A stretch of 64,000 bases of DNA. Source: Paraspadella gotoi. Lineage: Eukaryota; Animalia; Chaetognatha. Where the stretch lies: NCBI GenBank assembly GCA_051294375.1, contig CM119263.1, forward strand, positions 25,214,688 to 25,278,687, in the 5' to 3' direction. The notes under the pieces are model-generated. The model was given only the letters and a program-made list of their open reading frames with translations. It was not told the DNA's origin and did no database searches. Positions 12,754 to 28,105 of the stretch are shown here, one piece after another (the first letter of the stretch is position 1; every line of letters starts with the position of its first letter). The position numbers and the translations under genes are program-made.

Positions 12754-15576
12754 TCAAAATAAATTTTGTTTTATTAAAGGAAAAAATGTCAAGTTGTTCG
12801 AATTTATCCGAACTTTTGAACTTCTCTCTCGTCTTGGGATTTATTTTTCCGGCAGACGTCGCTCTAACCTTCTTCTCGGTCTTTTGATTTATTTTCATAT
12901 CGTTTCAATTTAATATAACATATTTACTTAACGTATTTTCTTCAATTTTGTATTGACTTTCCTCTTTGCTCGGGCTTTTCCTTTTCATACCTTTTTAGTG
13001 CTTTTTTAGACCTTTTCCACATTTCATCGCATTTTAAAGTTACAACTGAGTGTTCTTCTGAAAAATGCATTAATCTTCTTAATTATTTTATTAATATAAC
13101 TTTATATTACTATTTGTCTGAATTACTATTTCTATGATCGTTACTCACGGAAGAAACAATAAACAAAATAATTAACGTTGCCGCTAATCTGTGTCCCGAT
13201 CCGCATTGCCTTTCAACTCAAGTCAGATCCGCTTTGTTTACGTTTCCTTCCCTTTCAGAAATATGCCCTTTTCAAAAATAAACCATCGATAAAAAATTAA
13301 ACCAAGCCTCGTACCCTGTCTCATTATTTACTCTCTTTCTCTTCTCTTCCTCTTCTCTTCTCTTCTCTTCTCTTCTCTTCTCTTCTCTTCTCTTCTCTTC
13401 TCTTCTCTCTCTTCTCTTCAGTGCAATTGATTGAATGAAAAATGTATATTAGCAAAGTCGAAATTATAAATTTGTTTGCCGAATTATTGATTTACTGAGT
13501 ACTTATTTATTGCTTCGAAAAACTGACACGCGCTGGGGAAAAACTTAAAATTATGTCGATGATCGGCGACCAAAGCGAAAAGGGAAATTGATTTTTGCTA
13601 AAAATTCAATAGATTACCCACCAAGCAATTATGCTGTTATTTCTGTTCGTTCGTTCGTTGGCTCGTTCGTTGGCTCGTTCGTTTAATCCTTCCTTCCTTC
13701 CTTCCTTCCTTCCTTCCTTCCTTCCTCCTTCTTCTTCCTTCTATCCTTTCTTCCTTCTTTTCTTTCATTCCTTCCTTTCCTCCTTCCTTCCATCTTTCCC
13801 TCCTTCCTTCCTTCCTTCCTTCCTTCCTTCCTTCCTTCCTTCCTTTCTTCTTCCCTCCTTCCTTCTTTCTTCTTCTTTCTTTCTTTCTTTCTTTCTTTTC
13901 TTTCTTTCTTTCTTTCTTTTCTTCCTCCTTCCTTCCTTCCTCCTTCCCTTCCTTTCCTTCCTTCTTCCTTCCTTCCTTCCTCCTTCTTTCCTTCCTTCCT
14001 TCCTTTCCTTCCTTCCTTCCCAGTAATATTTATATTCACAAAAACAAAAAGATAAAAAGTAAAGAAGAGTCACGAGAGATGATTATCCGTCAACGATTTC
14101 CCAGGGGAATTCCGTTCGCTAATATGACAAAAGGATTTATTAACCTCAATATTTTATGTCGTTAAATATACCCTAAATCACGAGCTCGGTGACATTCAGT
14201 GCTTCGGGGACTCGAATACTTAAAAAAAAAAAGATGCGGAATCCTGGCCGACTGTTGTGGGCGTCGTCGTCGTCGTCGTCGTCGTTCGTCGTCGTCGCGT
14301 GGCTTGCTTCAGTCGGTCGTCGTCTTCGTCGTTGTCGTTGGCGTCAACTCCGCTGGACTTCCCTCTCTGTCCGATTTCTCTGACTCTTTCGTCGGTGTTG
14401 CCGTCGTTGCTTTATCGTCGTTGTCGTCGTCGTCGTCGTGTCCTCCCGGGTATTTCGTTCAGGTCGTCGTTGTCGTCGTTGTCGTCGTTCTCGAGGTCTT
14501 CCGAGTGCGCAATCATATTTTCATGTCGTTTTTCATCGATTTTCGTGACGTCCATTCGTTGTTGCTTTTGCCAGAAGTTGAGGTCGTCATCATTATCCTG
14601 CATCATCATAAATCATCAACATCAAGGACATCACCATCATTTCATCATCATGATCAATCATCATCATCATCTCATCATCATCGTCGTCGTGTCGTCGTCG
14701 TCGTCCTCGTCGTCGTCGTCCTGCGTTCTTCGTTAAAGTCATATATCATATTCATTATTAGCATTATTGTTGTCGTATTCATAATCTTCCATAATCTTGG
14801 ATCTCCTTAGCTTTTTACACTTTATCTGAGTGCGAACCATCCCCGTAAAAAGTAGCCACAGTTCCCCACATGTCGAAGTTAATTTATTTACAAGAACCTC
14901 ACTTTAAATTTTTACAAGGAAATCGAACTTTCGCCTGATTTAATTCCTCGTGCCTTATGTTCTTCAAACCGTTCACAAACCGCTTATGTATTCCATTTCT
15001 CTAAGATTTCCACGTTTTTTTTTCTTTCTTTTTCTCTTTCTTTTTTTTTTATATTTTTTTTGCGGCCATAAATTCGTGGCTTCATTTAGATCGGATTTTT
15101 TTTCCTCTCCACTTTTTTTACGAGTCATAAATCGTCGCCGCAAAACCGTCGAACGGTCATCGAGTTCTCCTACGTCCCCTGCCCCCCCCCCACCCTCGCA
15201 CCTACCCCCTTTCCACAATCTCCCCTCGGCCCCGCCCTTCCCCCTTCTCCTAGTTTCCCACAACCTTTTCCTCAATGACTTCCTATCTTCCATCCCGGCC
15301 CTGGACCACCCGTCATTCAATGCCACAGTTTCCGTCTTTCTTATATTAAAGGATTTTCTCGGCCACCTCACTTTTCCCCACTTCTCTCTCTCTCTTCCTC
15401 TTTCCACTCCAACACTCCGCCTCCTCGAGACATTGATGATTCCATCGTTGTCTCCCCTCCCGCCGCTCCCCCCACCGACGCCAAACACCTCGCGACTATT
15501 CGCACATAAGTAGTGCAATTCCATCGATGAGGTCATAACCGTTGGCGCCGAAACTAAAGTCCCTCTCTCTCTCTTC

Positions 15577-15607
<31 letters not shown>

Positions 15608-16265
15608 CCCCTCTCTCTCTCTCTCCACATCATAAACTCCGAATCTTATTATATCGAGACGAACAGGGAAGAGAGAGAAAAAGGGAAGGAGACGAGCGAG
15701 AAAAACCCTTAGCAACGATTTCGCGCATTGCCGCGTTCGAGTCCGGCGTTCGAGGTTCCGGCCAATCGCGTCGCATCGCAACATTGCCCACCGATGAGTC
15801 ACCTCCCACGACGGCTCGTGATTGCCGGCACGGATAAAACCGACCGGCCAATCGGAGAACGAATCGAAGCGGAATGCGAAGTTTTTCGCATTGCTTTTTT
15901 TCCTCAAACTCCCCAAATCCCTCGCATCGACTTTTTTTTGAATAAGTACGTCCGCCGGATCGCCCGTTGCCCCCATTCTTCTCTCCCATCCTCCTTCGAA
16001 ACATATGTGATCGATTTAACGATCAGATGAGGATCGAAAAAAACGCGAGAGTGAAAACGCCTAAACCTTATCTGGTCATGATGAACGAAGTTTTAATTTT
16101 TCGAGTTTATAAGGAGGGAGTGAGGAGGAGAGGAGAGAGGAGGAGGAGCGAGGTGGGGATCTGTGGTGTGGGGGCGGACGTTCGATCGTGAAGTTGAATC
16201 ACGAAGCGTGTTTATCTGGAGATCGAAATGTCCAAGGGAGGACGAGACGGAAAGGGGGAGAGGAG

Positions 16266-16301
<36 letters not shown>

Positions 16302-19300
16302 AGAGAAAAAAGAAAAAGAAAAAAGCAGCGAAAGGACGGAGTTATCTTTAGTAAAAAAAAAACTCAAAACACAAAAAATCTCTTAACGCGTCTAAATTTC
16401 GTTTATTTCTATTTCAGTAAAATGTTTTTTTGAAGGAGCTAACATGTAGCGAGCAAACCCCGCAACCAAAGCGAACATTAGACACCTTTTAAGAATGTCG
16501 AATATATTGACTCAAATGGCAAAACTAAAAATTTTCCGACTTCTGACATTAAGCTAACCTCTGGAGTAATGAAAGGCCACGAAGGAGCTAAATTGTTTCC
16601 TATCAACTGGGCAAAGCGCCAACTCCCAGGAGAAATATTTGCTTTCCCAGAAAGTTTATAGTCTGTGTCAAATTCGCGAAGTGTTTACTCTTAATTCTAT
16701 GCAATGTTTATGATTGAAGGCGAGGAATTATCTTAATTCCGATTAGTTTTAAAAACAATAAATGGCCGATAATGCTTATTTATCGGTAGATTTGATTGAG
16801 CGAAGAGGGGACAATGGGACATGAGACGCATCAGCGCGAACTTTTTTTTGGATCAGAAATCGTGGGCCAGCCCGAGTAACATCAATAAATTTTTATTACT
16901 CTAACCAAATTTGTGGCGACAAAGAGACGCCTTTGATCGGGTTCACGTTACATCCTTTCTATCACGGGCGAGCATCGAGCAACGCCGCCGCCACTCTCTG
17001 CCGCCGCGCCGCTTGCGATCGCTGCCACGCACAATACTCTGGTTTTTGCGCTACGGACGGGTGACGTCATGGTCCCAGGCATCAGCGATGCTGCAGGTCT
17101 CCGCGGTGGACACTTCTCCGCAGCGTCCGAGTTCAGCAGCCTCTTCAAATCGAACTGTGTCTAACCCGATTGGTCGATAAACCTCGCTGATTGGCGTGGA
17201 GGAAACCAAAGCAGCAGCGGAGACGCAGGGCGGCGGCGACGAGCCTGACTCATTTGATCGAAGTGACGTTTTTTTTTTTTTCGTAAGAAGAGAGAGAGAG
17301 ATCTTCCCGGAATATTCGTTCTCTACCGATTCGAGGAAACGTGCGACGGACTGAGCACAATTTCCTAGAACTTTTTTTTCGGAATTACCAACCAGAAAAA
17401 AAAGTAAACACAATTAAACAAAACCGAAAACAAGAAATCAAGCTTCTTGGCTTTCTCCTCTTTCCATTCGTCCCCAATAACAGGACAATCATAAACTTCT
17501 GTTTCCACAACAAAAAAAACCAACTTTAAAAACAACTAAAAAACAAAATCGTGCTGTAAATTTCTCGATTTGTGAACTATCCTCTTCTCTCTCTCACTTT
17601 CACCATCGTCGCGGGCCGCAGCCATTCGATCTTTAACCAACACTTCAAAAAACACATCGCTCTCTCTTCCTCTTCAAAAAAGCGCCAACTCTTCTCGCTC
17701 TATCACGCTAAAAAAAAAATATTCTAAACTTCGTTAACCGCTATCAAAGTTCGAGAAAAAAATCTATTAAAAGAAAGAGAGATAAGAAGAAAAAGAAAGA
17801 TATCAAGACGGTCATTCGAAAAAACTGAAACTCATCGATCCGCGCTAAACCGCGAATTCGATTTTAATTTTTTTTTTTATTATTCTTATCAAAATCGAAA
17901 GAGTTGAAAATCTTCTTCCGATTTTTGTCTCGAATCTTCGACTCGAGAATCCTCCTTCTATTCCTCTCGACGGAACTTTTTTTTTATTCGCCTCTCGAGT
18001 CAAAATTGAATTACGAATCGAGAGAGAGAGAGAGAGTCGGAGAAAAAACTGTACGAAAGTCAAAAAACCTTTTTCGGAAAAACTCCAACTGAGAACTAAT
18101 TTATTAAAACGAGTAAATCAATTTAAGAAAGGAAAAAAAAAATCGAGGGAAAACGACATTAAAAACAATGAGCGTTTAATTCGGGATTACGAGAAAATTA
18201 ACACGACGTTTTCTCGGGAATTTTTCTCAGGGTCACGAAAAAACAAAAAAAAAAACAAACAAACCAGAAGACGAAAAAGAATAATTAGAAAAAAATGGCG
18301 GCAGTGGAACTCCCCCTCAGCCTCAGCACCGCCAACAGCCTTTACGACAATCCAGCGCAGATCCTTTGTACCGGCAAACTGCGACCGACAGCTTTACCGA
18401 CAGTCGTCTGAGCACCTCGGCCTCGACTCGCTCAAAAGGATCCAACCGTCATTTTGCGCTCTGGCGGCGACCGTGGTTCAAGCCCAGGCTGGCCTGGGCC
18501 AAGCCACCACGACGACGACGAATTCTACCGCGTTGACGACGACGACGACGACGACGGGATTGTCTCTGTCTCGCGATGCTTTGACTCTATCTCGCGAGTG
18601 CCGCCGCCGATGAGTTGACCCCGGATTCTCCTCCGGGTTTCGACACGACGATGGAGTACGCCACCGCCGACGCCATCGCGATGCGCCAACTCTGTTCCAC
18701 CCGCAAACGGCGTGGGCGGTAGCGACGTCGCCGGCGACGTCAAAGCCGCCAAAAGCGGCGCCGCGAAAAAATCAGAAACCCGAAACTGAAACTGAAAATC
18801 ACGCCGCTTCGTCAGCTCTCGCTGGCGCAGCAGTGGGATGACGTGGCAGCGGCGACAACGCCGACCACGCTCTCGGCCGATCTGCGAATCCCCCACACCC
18901 TCGTCCCTCGGCCCCTTCCACGCCCACCAACACCGACACAACTCTCACGTCAACAACAACAATGTCAACGCGTCGACGAACTGCGGCCGTTCCCGCGTAA
19001 GTGCCTTTTCCACGCTTCTCGCGCCGCCACGCCGCCCAAAAGCGCGCCGCCGACCGTGGCGTCGACGCCAATCGACTTGGAGCGCCGTGGTCGAGAGCGG
19101 GCGACCGCCATCGAGACCCAGACGGCCTCGCGCGTCCTCCCGGGCGTCTTTTTGGGCAGCGAAAACGACGCCGCGGATTTTGAAATACCTCAAGAGCGCC
19201 AACATCACTCACGTCCTCAACGTGTCAACTCACATTCCATGCTTCCACGAGGAGGCGTCGACGAGTCGGGACGGCGACGGCGCCGCCTTCGACGCCATCC

Positions 19301-22300
19301 TCAACGAGAGATCAACAAAAGGGAACGGCTTTGACGGCGACGACCACCCCACTCCCGCCCCCTGGAACTCAAGTACAAGAGACTCGCCGCCTCCGACAAC
19401 GCTTCTCAGACCTGGCCCAGTATTTCCTGGAGGCGTTCTGCTTCATCGACGAGGCGCTGCGCCTGGGCACTGGCGTGCTCATTCACTGCCAGGCCGGCAT
19501 CTCCCGTTCCTCCACGATCCTCATCGCCTTCATCATGTCCCGCTCCTCTCTCTCCATGTTCCAGGCATACCGCTTCGTCAAGAGAAGCGAGCCATCATCT
19601 CTCCAATCTAAACTTTAATGGGACAGCTCCTCGAGTATCGAGCAGAAGCTGTCGAGGGGCGAGATCGAACGGCGACCGCGCGGGAGGGCGTTGGGAGCCG
19701 AGTTGCCGAGTTCGTTGCCAAGGAGACGGAGGTGGACGAAGAGGACCGCTGCGAGTCGATGTAAAAGGAGAACGACGGAGAGCGAGACAAGAAAACAAGG
19801 ATTAGTAAATCTTTGTGACGTCGCGCGGTGGAGCAATGGCGTTGACCGAACTCGCATCAAATCAAACGGACTAACGGAGCTAAAAACACGAAACGATGAG
19901 ACGGGTTTGACGGCCGATGTCGTGTTCAACGAACATATGTTGGATTGATCTTTCCGTGTATCAGAAGATGAGAGAAGAAGAAATAAAAAAAGTAGACTTT
20001 GAAAATCTAAAATAGAAACGATGACATCGCCTGACATTGCATATCAATTAACCCGCTGTAGTTTTTTTTTTTTTTCTTCTTTATTCTGTACGGTTTTTTT
20101 CTTTGGAAACATATTATAGATTACGGTATTGTTAATTTTATCTCATTCACGAAATTAACTATCTTAATACTTAGTCTCCAGATTATTTATAATGATCATC
20201 CCCCTCGTTTCCCCATTTCACAGTGAGACTGTATTTCATTGAATTACGGAAATAATGTTGAGATATTGAATACATGAATTGATCTTAACTATGATTTAAT
20301 CTTTTCATCGTTTAAATCCACCGTCTAAGTTGCGTTACCGATTGTTCTGTATTCTGTTATCCAATGTGTTAATGGCTCTCAGAGTTCGCCAGTTAGAAAC
20401 GTTCATTAATAAAAAAAAAGAATTTTAAGAATGTAAAAACACTTGGCAGGCTTTTAAAATACAATCGAATAGCCATTTTTCAGTCTGCCATTGAAAATAA
20501 CTAAAATTCGCCCTCGGGCTGAAAGTCGTTGAAAACTTTGTCGTTTCCCATTCATAACGGACTCGTTTTTCAAGCCACACCTTGGTCGGACAAGCTCGTT
20601 ACTTTGTTTCAAGTAAAAAAAAAAAGGGGTAAACCATCTTTTCATAGTTTTAGGTGTGACTCACTGCTTACAGCGGAGAAGGCAAAGAAAAAGGGGAAGA
20701 AAAAAAAAACGGGAAAGAAAAGTAACCTTGTCGTCGCCCTAGCTTAATTGGGTAAAAAAGGAACAAACTAAATAGTTAGTCACCCTCTTTAGCCAGAAAA
20801 AAAAAATACGTAGGAAAGCTTTTTCCTCCTTTACGGTCTAGATTTTGACGTCTGACTGCCTTCTTTCTGTCTCTTTCACGCATAAAGGACACAAGAAGAA
20901 AACCTTAAAACCTCCCCTCGCGCCCTCTTATTGTTACGGTTATCGTCGTTGTAAAAACTTCCCCAATTGTTGTGCCCCACGTTTCGTCAAGAAGACGAAT
21001 GATACGAAGAGGAAAGACGAATGAACGATTAAAATCATGTTCAGGTCACAAATTCCCGTTCGAAAATTTTGAAGAGGATTTAAAATTAAATGTACCCGTT
21101 TCGCGTCTGTGTGTGTCTCTCAACCAGTAACCACTCGAAAACCGCAAACGAAGCGGCTATTCTTAGCAGCATTTGAGGAAAAACTAGAAACTTTGAATGA
21201 GTCACCGTAACGAAAATATCCAAGGAAGATTCTTGCTTTCTTGCCCGACCATTTTTCCGCCTGCCCGCGCGTGGTTAACGCTGCCTGCTGTTGTTTTTCC
21301 TTAATATTCAAAAACGGCCTAACCACTTTGTCGTCGCTGTTTTGAGAGCCGCGCGTTTGAAATCCTGCAGTCGTTCTGGTTTTTGGGTTGAGAGATGGAA
21401 TGACTCAGAACCGGCGAAGGTAGGGAGTCTCCTAGGATTCCTATTACGACGACGCTTGAGGCTTTTAAAAGATCATTAGTGACTGGATCGGAAAAATTAA
21501 ATTATGTCAGTGAATTTAAAATGAATGCCCTCAGATTTTTAAAACGATTTAACTTTCGATGTCTCGTTTGCATTTCCATATTATTAAAACTTTAAGAATA
21601 CCATTTAAATCAATTTGAATAATTTTGCCTCTTCCTACTTTTGTCAAATGTAAAATGACTCTTCGACTTGGCAAATAAAGCTAGCGACAACGGGACGCCT
21701 TCTTTCTCAAATAAAAAGTATAGTGAGAAAAAGTCTTTCCGCCACGAGGTAAGTTTTTCATGACTCGCCCTTCGTCCCCGCCTCGACTCTTATCCGCCTC
21801 CGCCCGCGGCGATCTGGTGAGTTATCTTTCTTCGTCGAGGCGCGGACTGCTGCTGGACTGGCAGCCAATCGGGGATCGCTCCACCCTAAAATTTCTGGCC
21901 ATTGAATCGTACGGTCGAACCCCGAATTGTTTTGGCTCGGGATTAGTTGTTCGTTTTTTTCCCCTTTTTTCTACTTCTATCGCTGTTTCTGTCATTAATG
22001 ATACTGTATGTATGGTATGTATGTGTAATATGTATGTAAATGGTTTACTCAAAATTTATTAGAAATTGAGATTAATTCAATTACATTTTGCATATTGCAG
22101 ATTTTGAATAAAAGTCAATTTAAAAAGTCATTAGGGAGTCACTCATTTACAACCATCTAAACTTTTAAAGCTAGGATTAAAATCCACGGCTCCCAAATTA
22201 AGTTTTTTTTATTTATTTACATTTAGGGAGGAAAACAATTTATTTGTTTTGTTCAACGAATTTTTTTCGACTCTACATTTAGAGTCTTCATGTCTAAATG

Positions 22301-22893
22301 TAGAGTCGAAACATGTCCGAAACAAATGTCCTAAAAAATTCGTTGAAGCAAAACAAATAAATTGTTTTCTCTCCCTTAATTCGAAACACAACGAAATCGA
22401 AAGTCTATACACAATGTTTCTTGGCATTTACAGTCACATTTTTTTTATAATTTACGTTACAATATGTTGTCGTGTTAAAATCCAGCTTGTGAGTTAATAA
22501 AAACAAAGTTTATCTAAAGAGTCTCGAGCACAGCCGCGACCAATGCTCTGTCTATTAATGATGAGTCTCTTCTTCGACTTATGAACGAAGATCCCGGAAC
22601 CTTCTTTCTCCAGGGAGTGCTGTTTTTGGCAAGACGTCAAAACCACAAGCGCAGCATCGAGTTTGATGTCGAGAAGAATTTACTCGAACTCTCAACGCAA
22701 TGGATCCCCGCTCCTTCGTCCGCGTGTTTGCACCTCACCCGTCAATGTACGTCACCCAAATTCTCCAACCTTCAGCCATCTCTCCCAAACGCCACCCCCC
22801 CCTCACGAATGACTCTTACGACTTTGCCTTTTCTCCGCCAAAAAACAAACGACTCCATTTAACAGTCGCGAATGATCTCCAATCTCTCTTCTC

Positions 22894-22954
<61 letters not shown>

Positions 22955-23840
22955 ATCTCTTCTCTCTCCCTCGCCGCCGTTTTTTAAGCGAGCGTCGCGC
23001 ATTTCGAAAATTCCATTGTCGGCCAATCGTCGATCGAACCGGCGGGAACGTCGGCAAGGGGCGTCGACTCATGCCGGCCGCGACGCGCCGGCCCCGCGAT
23101 CGACGCGCGTGTTGACCGTAACTTCATTAGTAGATTGCCAACGACGACGACGACAATTGGAGCGACGATGATTATTGACTCATTGATGGTTTTGACTCAT
23201 GTTCTCGCAGTTGGAAAATATAGGGGGAGTTGGAAGGGGCGGGTAGGGGGGGGAGAAGTTCGAAGAGCGGAAGCGACGCCGATCGAAACCTTTGCCCAGC
23301 TTTTAAAACTCATTTCGAATCCTCGCGCTCGTGGATCTCGAATGGCCCTTGTCTTCCTTCCGATACTTCTTAATCCACCTTCGTTTAATCTTTATCTTCT
23401 GCCCATCCTCCAGCTCGCCAGAACATCTCCACATCTCTCCACCCGCTATCACTTCAATCCTCGCTCTGCGACCTGTGAGATCGAAACAACCACTCCCTCT
23501 CTGGACTTCAGGTCGTTACATCTCGTTACTACGCTCGCTCGCTCCAACTACCCTCCACCCCACAAAGCACGCGCGATGACGTCACGCCACTCCGCGTCAA
23601 TAGACTAAATCTCCCGCGTGACCATCGGCAATCGGATTGAAGGGGGGGGCTGTAGGAGGAGGAGAGAGAGGAGGAGGAGAAAGATGAGGAAGATAGAAAT
23701 CAAAGGGGGAAGAGAAGACGAAAACTTGGGTCGAAGGTGAAATATTCCATTCCACGCGATTAGCGCCGGAAGAGGGAGGATGACGTCATTTCGCCGCACG
23801 TGGAAAATAGGAGGCGGAAAGTTATTGTTTTCTTTTTTTT
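12343..23840 (+). repeat. Tandem segmental duplication, copy 2 (indel-rich)
   Basis: Begins right after a 25-N gap (12318-12342). Colinear with 812-12317; differences are mostly single-base indels and garbled microsatellites. Confidence 0.93.
18295..19764 (+). pseudogene. Frameshifted second copy of the DUSP gene (probably an error-laden assembly duplicate rather than a true pseudogene)
   Basis: Near-identical to 6756-8240 but with many 1-2 nt indels and few substitutions; breaks into ORFs 18838-19611, 18843-19334 and 19331-19618. Confidence 0.75.
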
Positions 23841-25682
23841 TTTTTTTTGTGTTTGATCTTTCGCGTTTTTTTTCTTCCTTGGTTGTTATTGGTTTGGTTT
23901 GTTTTTTATTTGTTTTTCTTAATTAGTGGTTTGTTTTTTTTTTTGAGAGAAAAGTTAAATTAGGAGTTACAAAGCCAAGATTTTTTTATTTTTTATTGTC
24001 TAGGTATTTATATTGTTGAGGTACGACCATTTTTGTCTTCATACAATCAAAGCTTGAAAAAAAATGCTTTCTAAGAGGTTTGGTTCGACTCGATGAAACC
24101 CACCCACCCACACACCCAAACTTCTTCGCTTTGGGATTTATCGCGAGTCGGGCTATCGGTCAGTCAGTTGTCAATCACGAAACGATATATTTTTTGTTCA
24201 TTTATTTCTCCGCTAATGGCGCTGCCGTTAACTTAATTAAAGGTAATTAATTAGTTAATGAAATCGTAAATTGAGTTTGAAGTCGAAAAAGAGAGAGAGA
24301 AGATCTAACGACGAATCAAAAGAAGACGAGTATAAAGGTCAAACCGACTCTCACGTGCTTTAGATTATTATATTCTGACTTGCCTTTAAATTATTTTTCT
24401 TTCGTTTTTATTCTCTTCTCTATCGAGCTATTTTTATTCGCAAATTTATGTACACATATATATCTTTTTCCTTTTATTGCTCAACTCTTTCCATTTTTAT
24501 GAGTCATCCTTCGTTCTACATTTAAAATACGAGTTCGCTTCGTGATTGTCTCCCGCTTTTTTCACGTTTCTTCTTCACAAGAAAATAATGAGTANNNNNN
24601 NNNNNNNNNNNNNNNNNNNNNNNNNNNNNNNNNNNNNNNNNNNNNNNNNNNNNNNNNNNNNNNNNNNNNNNNNNNNNNNNNNNNNNNNNNNNNNNNNNNN
24701 NNNNNNNNNNNNNNNNNNNNNNNNNNNNNNNNNNNNNNNNNNNNNNNNNNNNNNNNNNNNNNNNNNNNNNNNNNNNNNNNNNNNNNNNNNNNNNNNNNNN
24801 NNNNNNNNNNNNNNNNNNNNNNNNNNNNNNNNNNNNNNNNNNNNNNNNNNNNNNNNNNNNNNNNNNNNNNNNNNNNNNNNNNNNNNNNNNNNNNNNNNNN
24901 NNNNNNNNNNNNNNNNNNNNNNNNNNNNNNNNNNNNNNNNNNNNNNNNNNNNNNNNNNNNNNNNNNNNNNNNNNNNNNNNNNNNNNNNNNNNNNNNNNNN
25001 NNNNNNNNNNNNNNNNNNNNNNNNNNNNNNNNNNNNNNNNNNNNNNNNNNNNNNNNNNNNNNNNNNNNNNNNNNNNNNNNNNNNNNNNNNNNNNNNNNNN
25101 NNNNNNNNNNNNNNNNNNNNNNNNNNNNNNNNNNNNNNNNNNNNNNNNNNNNNNNNNNNNNNNNNNNNNNNNNNNNNNNNNNNNNNNNNNNNNNNNNNNN
25201 NNNNNNNNNNNNNNNNNNNNNNNNNNNNNNNNNNNNNNNNNNNNNNNNNNNNNNNNNNNNNNNNNNNNNNNNNNNNNNNNNNNNNNNNNNNNNNNNNNNN
25301 NNNNNNNNNNNNNNNNNNNNNNNNNNNNNNNNNNNNNNNNNNNNNNNNNNNNNNNNNNNNNNNNNNNNNNNNNNNNNNNNNNNNNNNNNNNNNNNNNNNN
25401 NNNNNNNNNNNNNNNNNNNNNNNNNNNNNNNNNNNNNNNNNNNNNNNNNNTGACGTATCGATAATTGGCCTTCGATCCGCGACGGGCCGTTTTGAGGCGT
25501 TTGACGTCGGTTGACGGCGTTTGACGCTTACGCAATCTCCGAGTAGTTCTTTTGTTCCCACTCGCAGTTGTTCTTTCGATCCGCGGGAGAGGTTAAAGAA
25601 AAGAAAGAGAAGAGAGAGAGAGAGAGTAGAGAGAGAGAGAGAGAGAGAGAGGAGAGTTGAGAGAGTAGAGAGAGAGAGAGAG

Positions 25683-25713
<31 letters not shown>

Positions 25714-27023
25714 TGGATCAAGAGGCGGCAGCTGCTAGGGTGAAGGATTATTCGAAGGGTGAAGGCGAAGAGGGGGGTGGATGAGACGAAAAGAAGGAGA
25801 GTTGAGAAAAAACCAGATTACTGGAGTATAGAAATGGAGATGAGAGAAGAAGAGAAAAAAGAAACAAGAGGAGTAGTAAGATTCGCATCTAGAAAGACTG
25901 AAGAAGGTGAGTTAAGAATGCGAAGTAAGTTCACGTCACCGACAGTCACTGCCGGTTAAGACTCGGCGATTTCGCGCCCGTCACTCTCGGCGGCGTGAGA
26001 TTTTAATGCGATGATTAATTCGGTTCGCGTCGATAATCGAATGAAGATGTCGACGTTTTTCGGGGGAGATTCGTCGATGCCCCTCGTGAGTCACNNNNNN
26101 NNNNNNNNNNNNNNNNNNNNNNNNNNNNNNNNNNNNNNNNNNNNNNNNNNNNNNNNNNNNNNNNNNNNNNNNNNNNNNNNNNNNNNNNNNNNNNNNNNNN
26201 NNNNNNNNNNNNNNNNNNNNNNNNNNNNNNNNNNNNNNNNNNNNNNNNNNNNNNNNNNNNNNNNNNNNNNNNNNNNNNNNNNNNNNNNNNNNNNNNNNNN
26301 NNNNNNNNAGAGAGAATCTCACACGACCCAAGGCTCCAATTTAGCAACGAGTATCATGTGACCGTATATAGTCACGTGATGCTAGCAGGAAACTTTGTGT
26401 TTAACATCGAGAAATGTCAATCTTTTTCTTTCGGGTCGTCGGCCTGGACGTCGTTCCATCTGTCAGTATTCTTATTAGTTTATTCGTTTTTTGACAGAGG
26501 ATTTTTTTTTCTTGAAGCTTAAAACGGGAACCAGATTTAAAAACAAGACCTTTCGTTGTTTATATTTTGGGGTTTTTTTTGGTGTGGGGGAGGGAAATTT
26601 AGAACTTAGTGCAATGACGAAAAAATTAGGCGGATATATAGTGCATGTACGGACAAACGCGCGGACCAATTCGTGTCACGAAAATTCCACGTTTGCTTTT
26701 TTAACGCCCAACACTCGTAAAACTCGTCGAAAAGGAGTAAAAAAAAAGAAAAAAATTGTCCACTGCGGTTTTTTCCCGCGGACAAAATCCAATAGTAACT
26801 CTTTTTTAAAATACTCGTGTACAGTCGTCGTCTTTAAAGCGATGTTTTATTGTCCGTCATTTGATGGTCGGAGGTTTACTCATTTTTTTCATTTTTAAAA
26901 AAAAAATCAAATGGCCTTCCTTCCTGCTACGAGGGCACAACAGCAGGAATGGCATTAAAACCTCTCTTTTATTTCCCTTCCCTGATATTTTTTAACGTGG
27001 AGAAAGGAAGTATGAAAAAAGGG

Positions 27024-27116
<93 letters not shown>

Positions 27117-28024
27117 TTTTTTAAGGTTTATTTTGGCCTAATAACTTTTATTCATTGGCCGAACAAACTTTGAGTGCCACGCTGCATCAAAACTTTAGAA
27201 AAAAATCTTCATTTTTTCCCTTTTGCTCTATAATTGATATATTGAGTTTCGCAGATCTGTCATTTTTTTTAAAAAAACGTTGAGGGGTGATAAGATTAGA
27301 ACGAGGGACCGATAAAACATATCACCTTTCGATTCGTAGGTTTTTAATCCAAGTGAAATACCCACCGGAAGTCGGGATAAGGGATTTGTCGTTGTACTTA
27401 TTATAGTCGTTGAGGCTTATAATCATCATATTAAAAGACGTTCAATCAAGCCAAAATTTTCTAATATTATAAGGGAAAACAATTCAATTGAATTTAAAAC
27501 AAACTTATTCGTTAACTTTTTAATTAACGGTGACGGGTTTTTACATGTATCGGTTATTATAAAATAGCTATCGACGACAATTCAAAACCCAAAAAAAGTT
27601 AACTAGAGAGTGATCGTCAGTCACAGTTTTTGCTTCTTTTTCATTGAGTCAGAACCAATAATCGCATTTTCATTAAATTTTTTCATCGTCGTCGTCGGCG
27701 GCGTCGTCTTCATCGTCGTCATCGTCGTCGTCGTATTTTCTTGTTTTTTACCTTCCGTTGCCCTTCTTCGGAATATTTTGTCCGTTTGAGAGCCCGACCC
27801 TTCTTTCGTTCCACCTTCCGCGGCTTCCGCCCCTTCTCTTCCGCCCCTTCTCTTCCGCCCCTTTATGAAAATGAAATATTTATTATCTGCGTCGAAGATT
27901 AACTCAAATTTATGACGAAGAAAGAAGAAAAAACTTCATTTGCATAAAAATCGGTCGCGGTCGCTACCCTACCCTGTTTTTTTAAATCACAAAACGTCGG
28001 ATTGTTTCTTTTCTCTTTTTTTCT

Positions 28025-28105
<81 letters not shown>

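Noticed and set aside
24522-25561. 300+ aa ORFs here and at 54069-55070 and 55869-56385
   Set aside because: They consist of X residues spanning N gaps.
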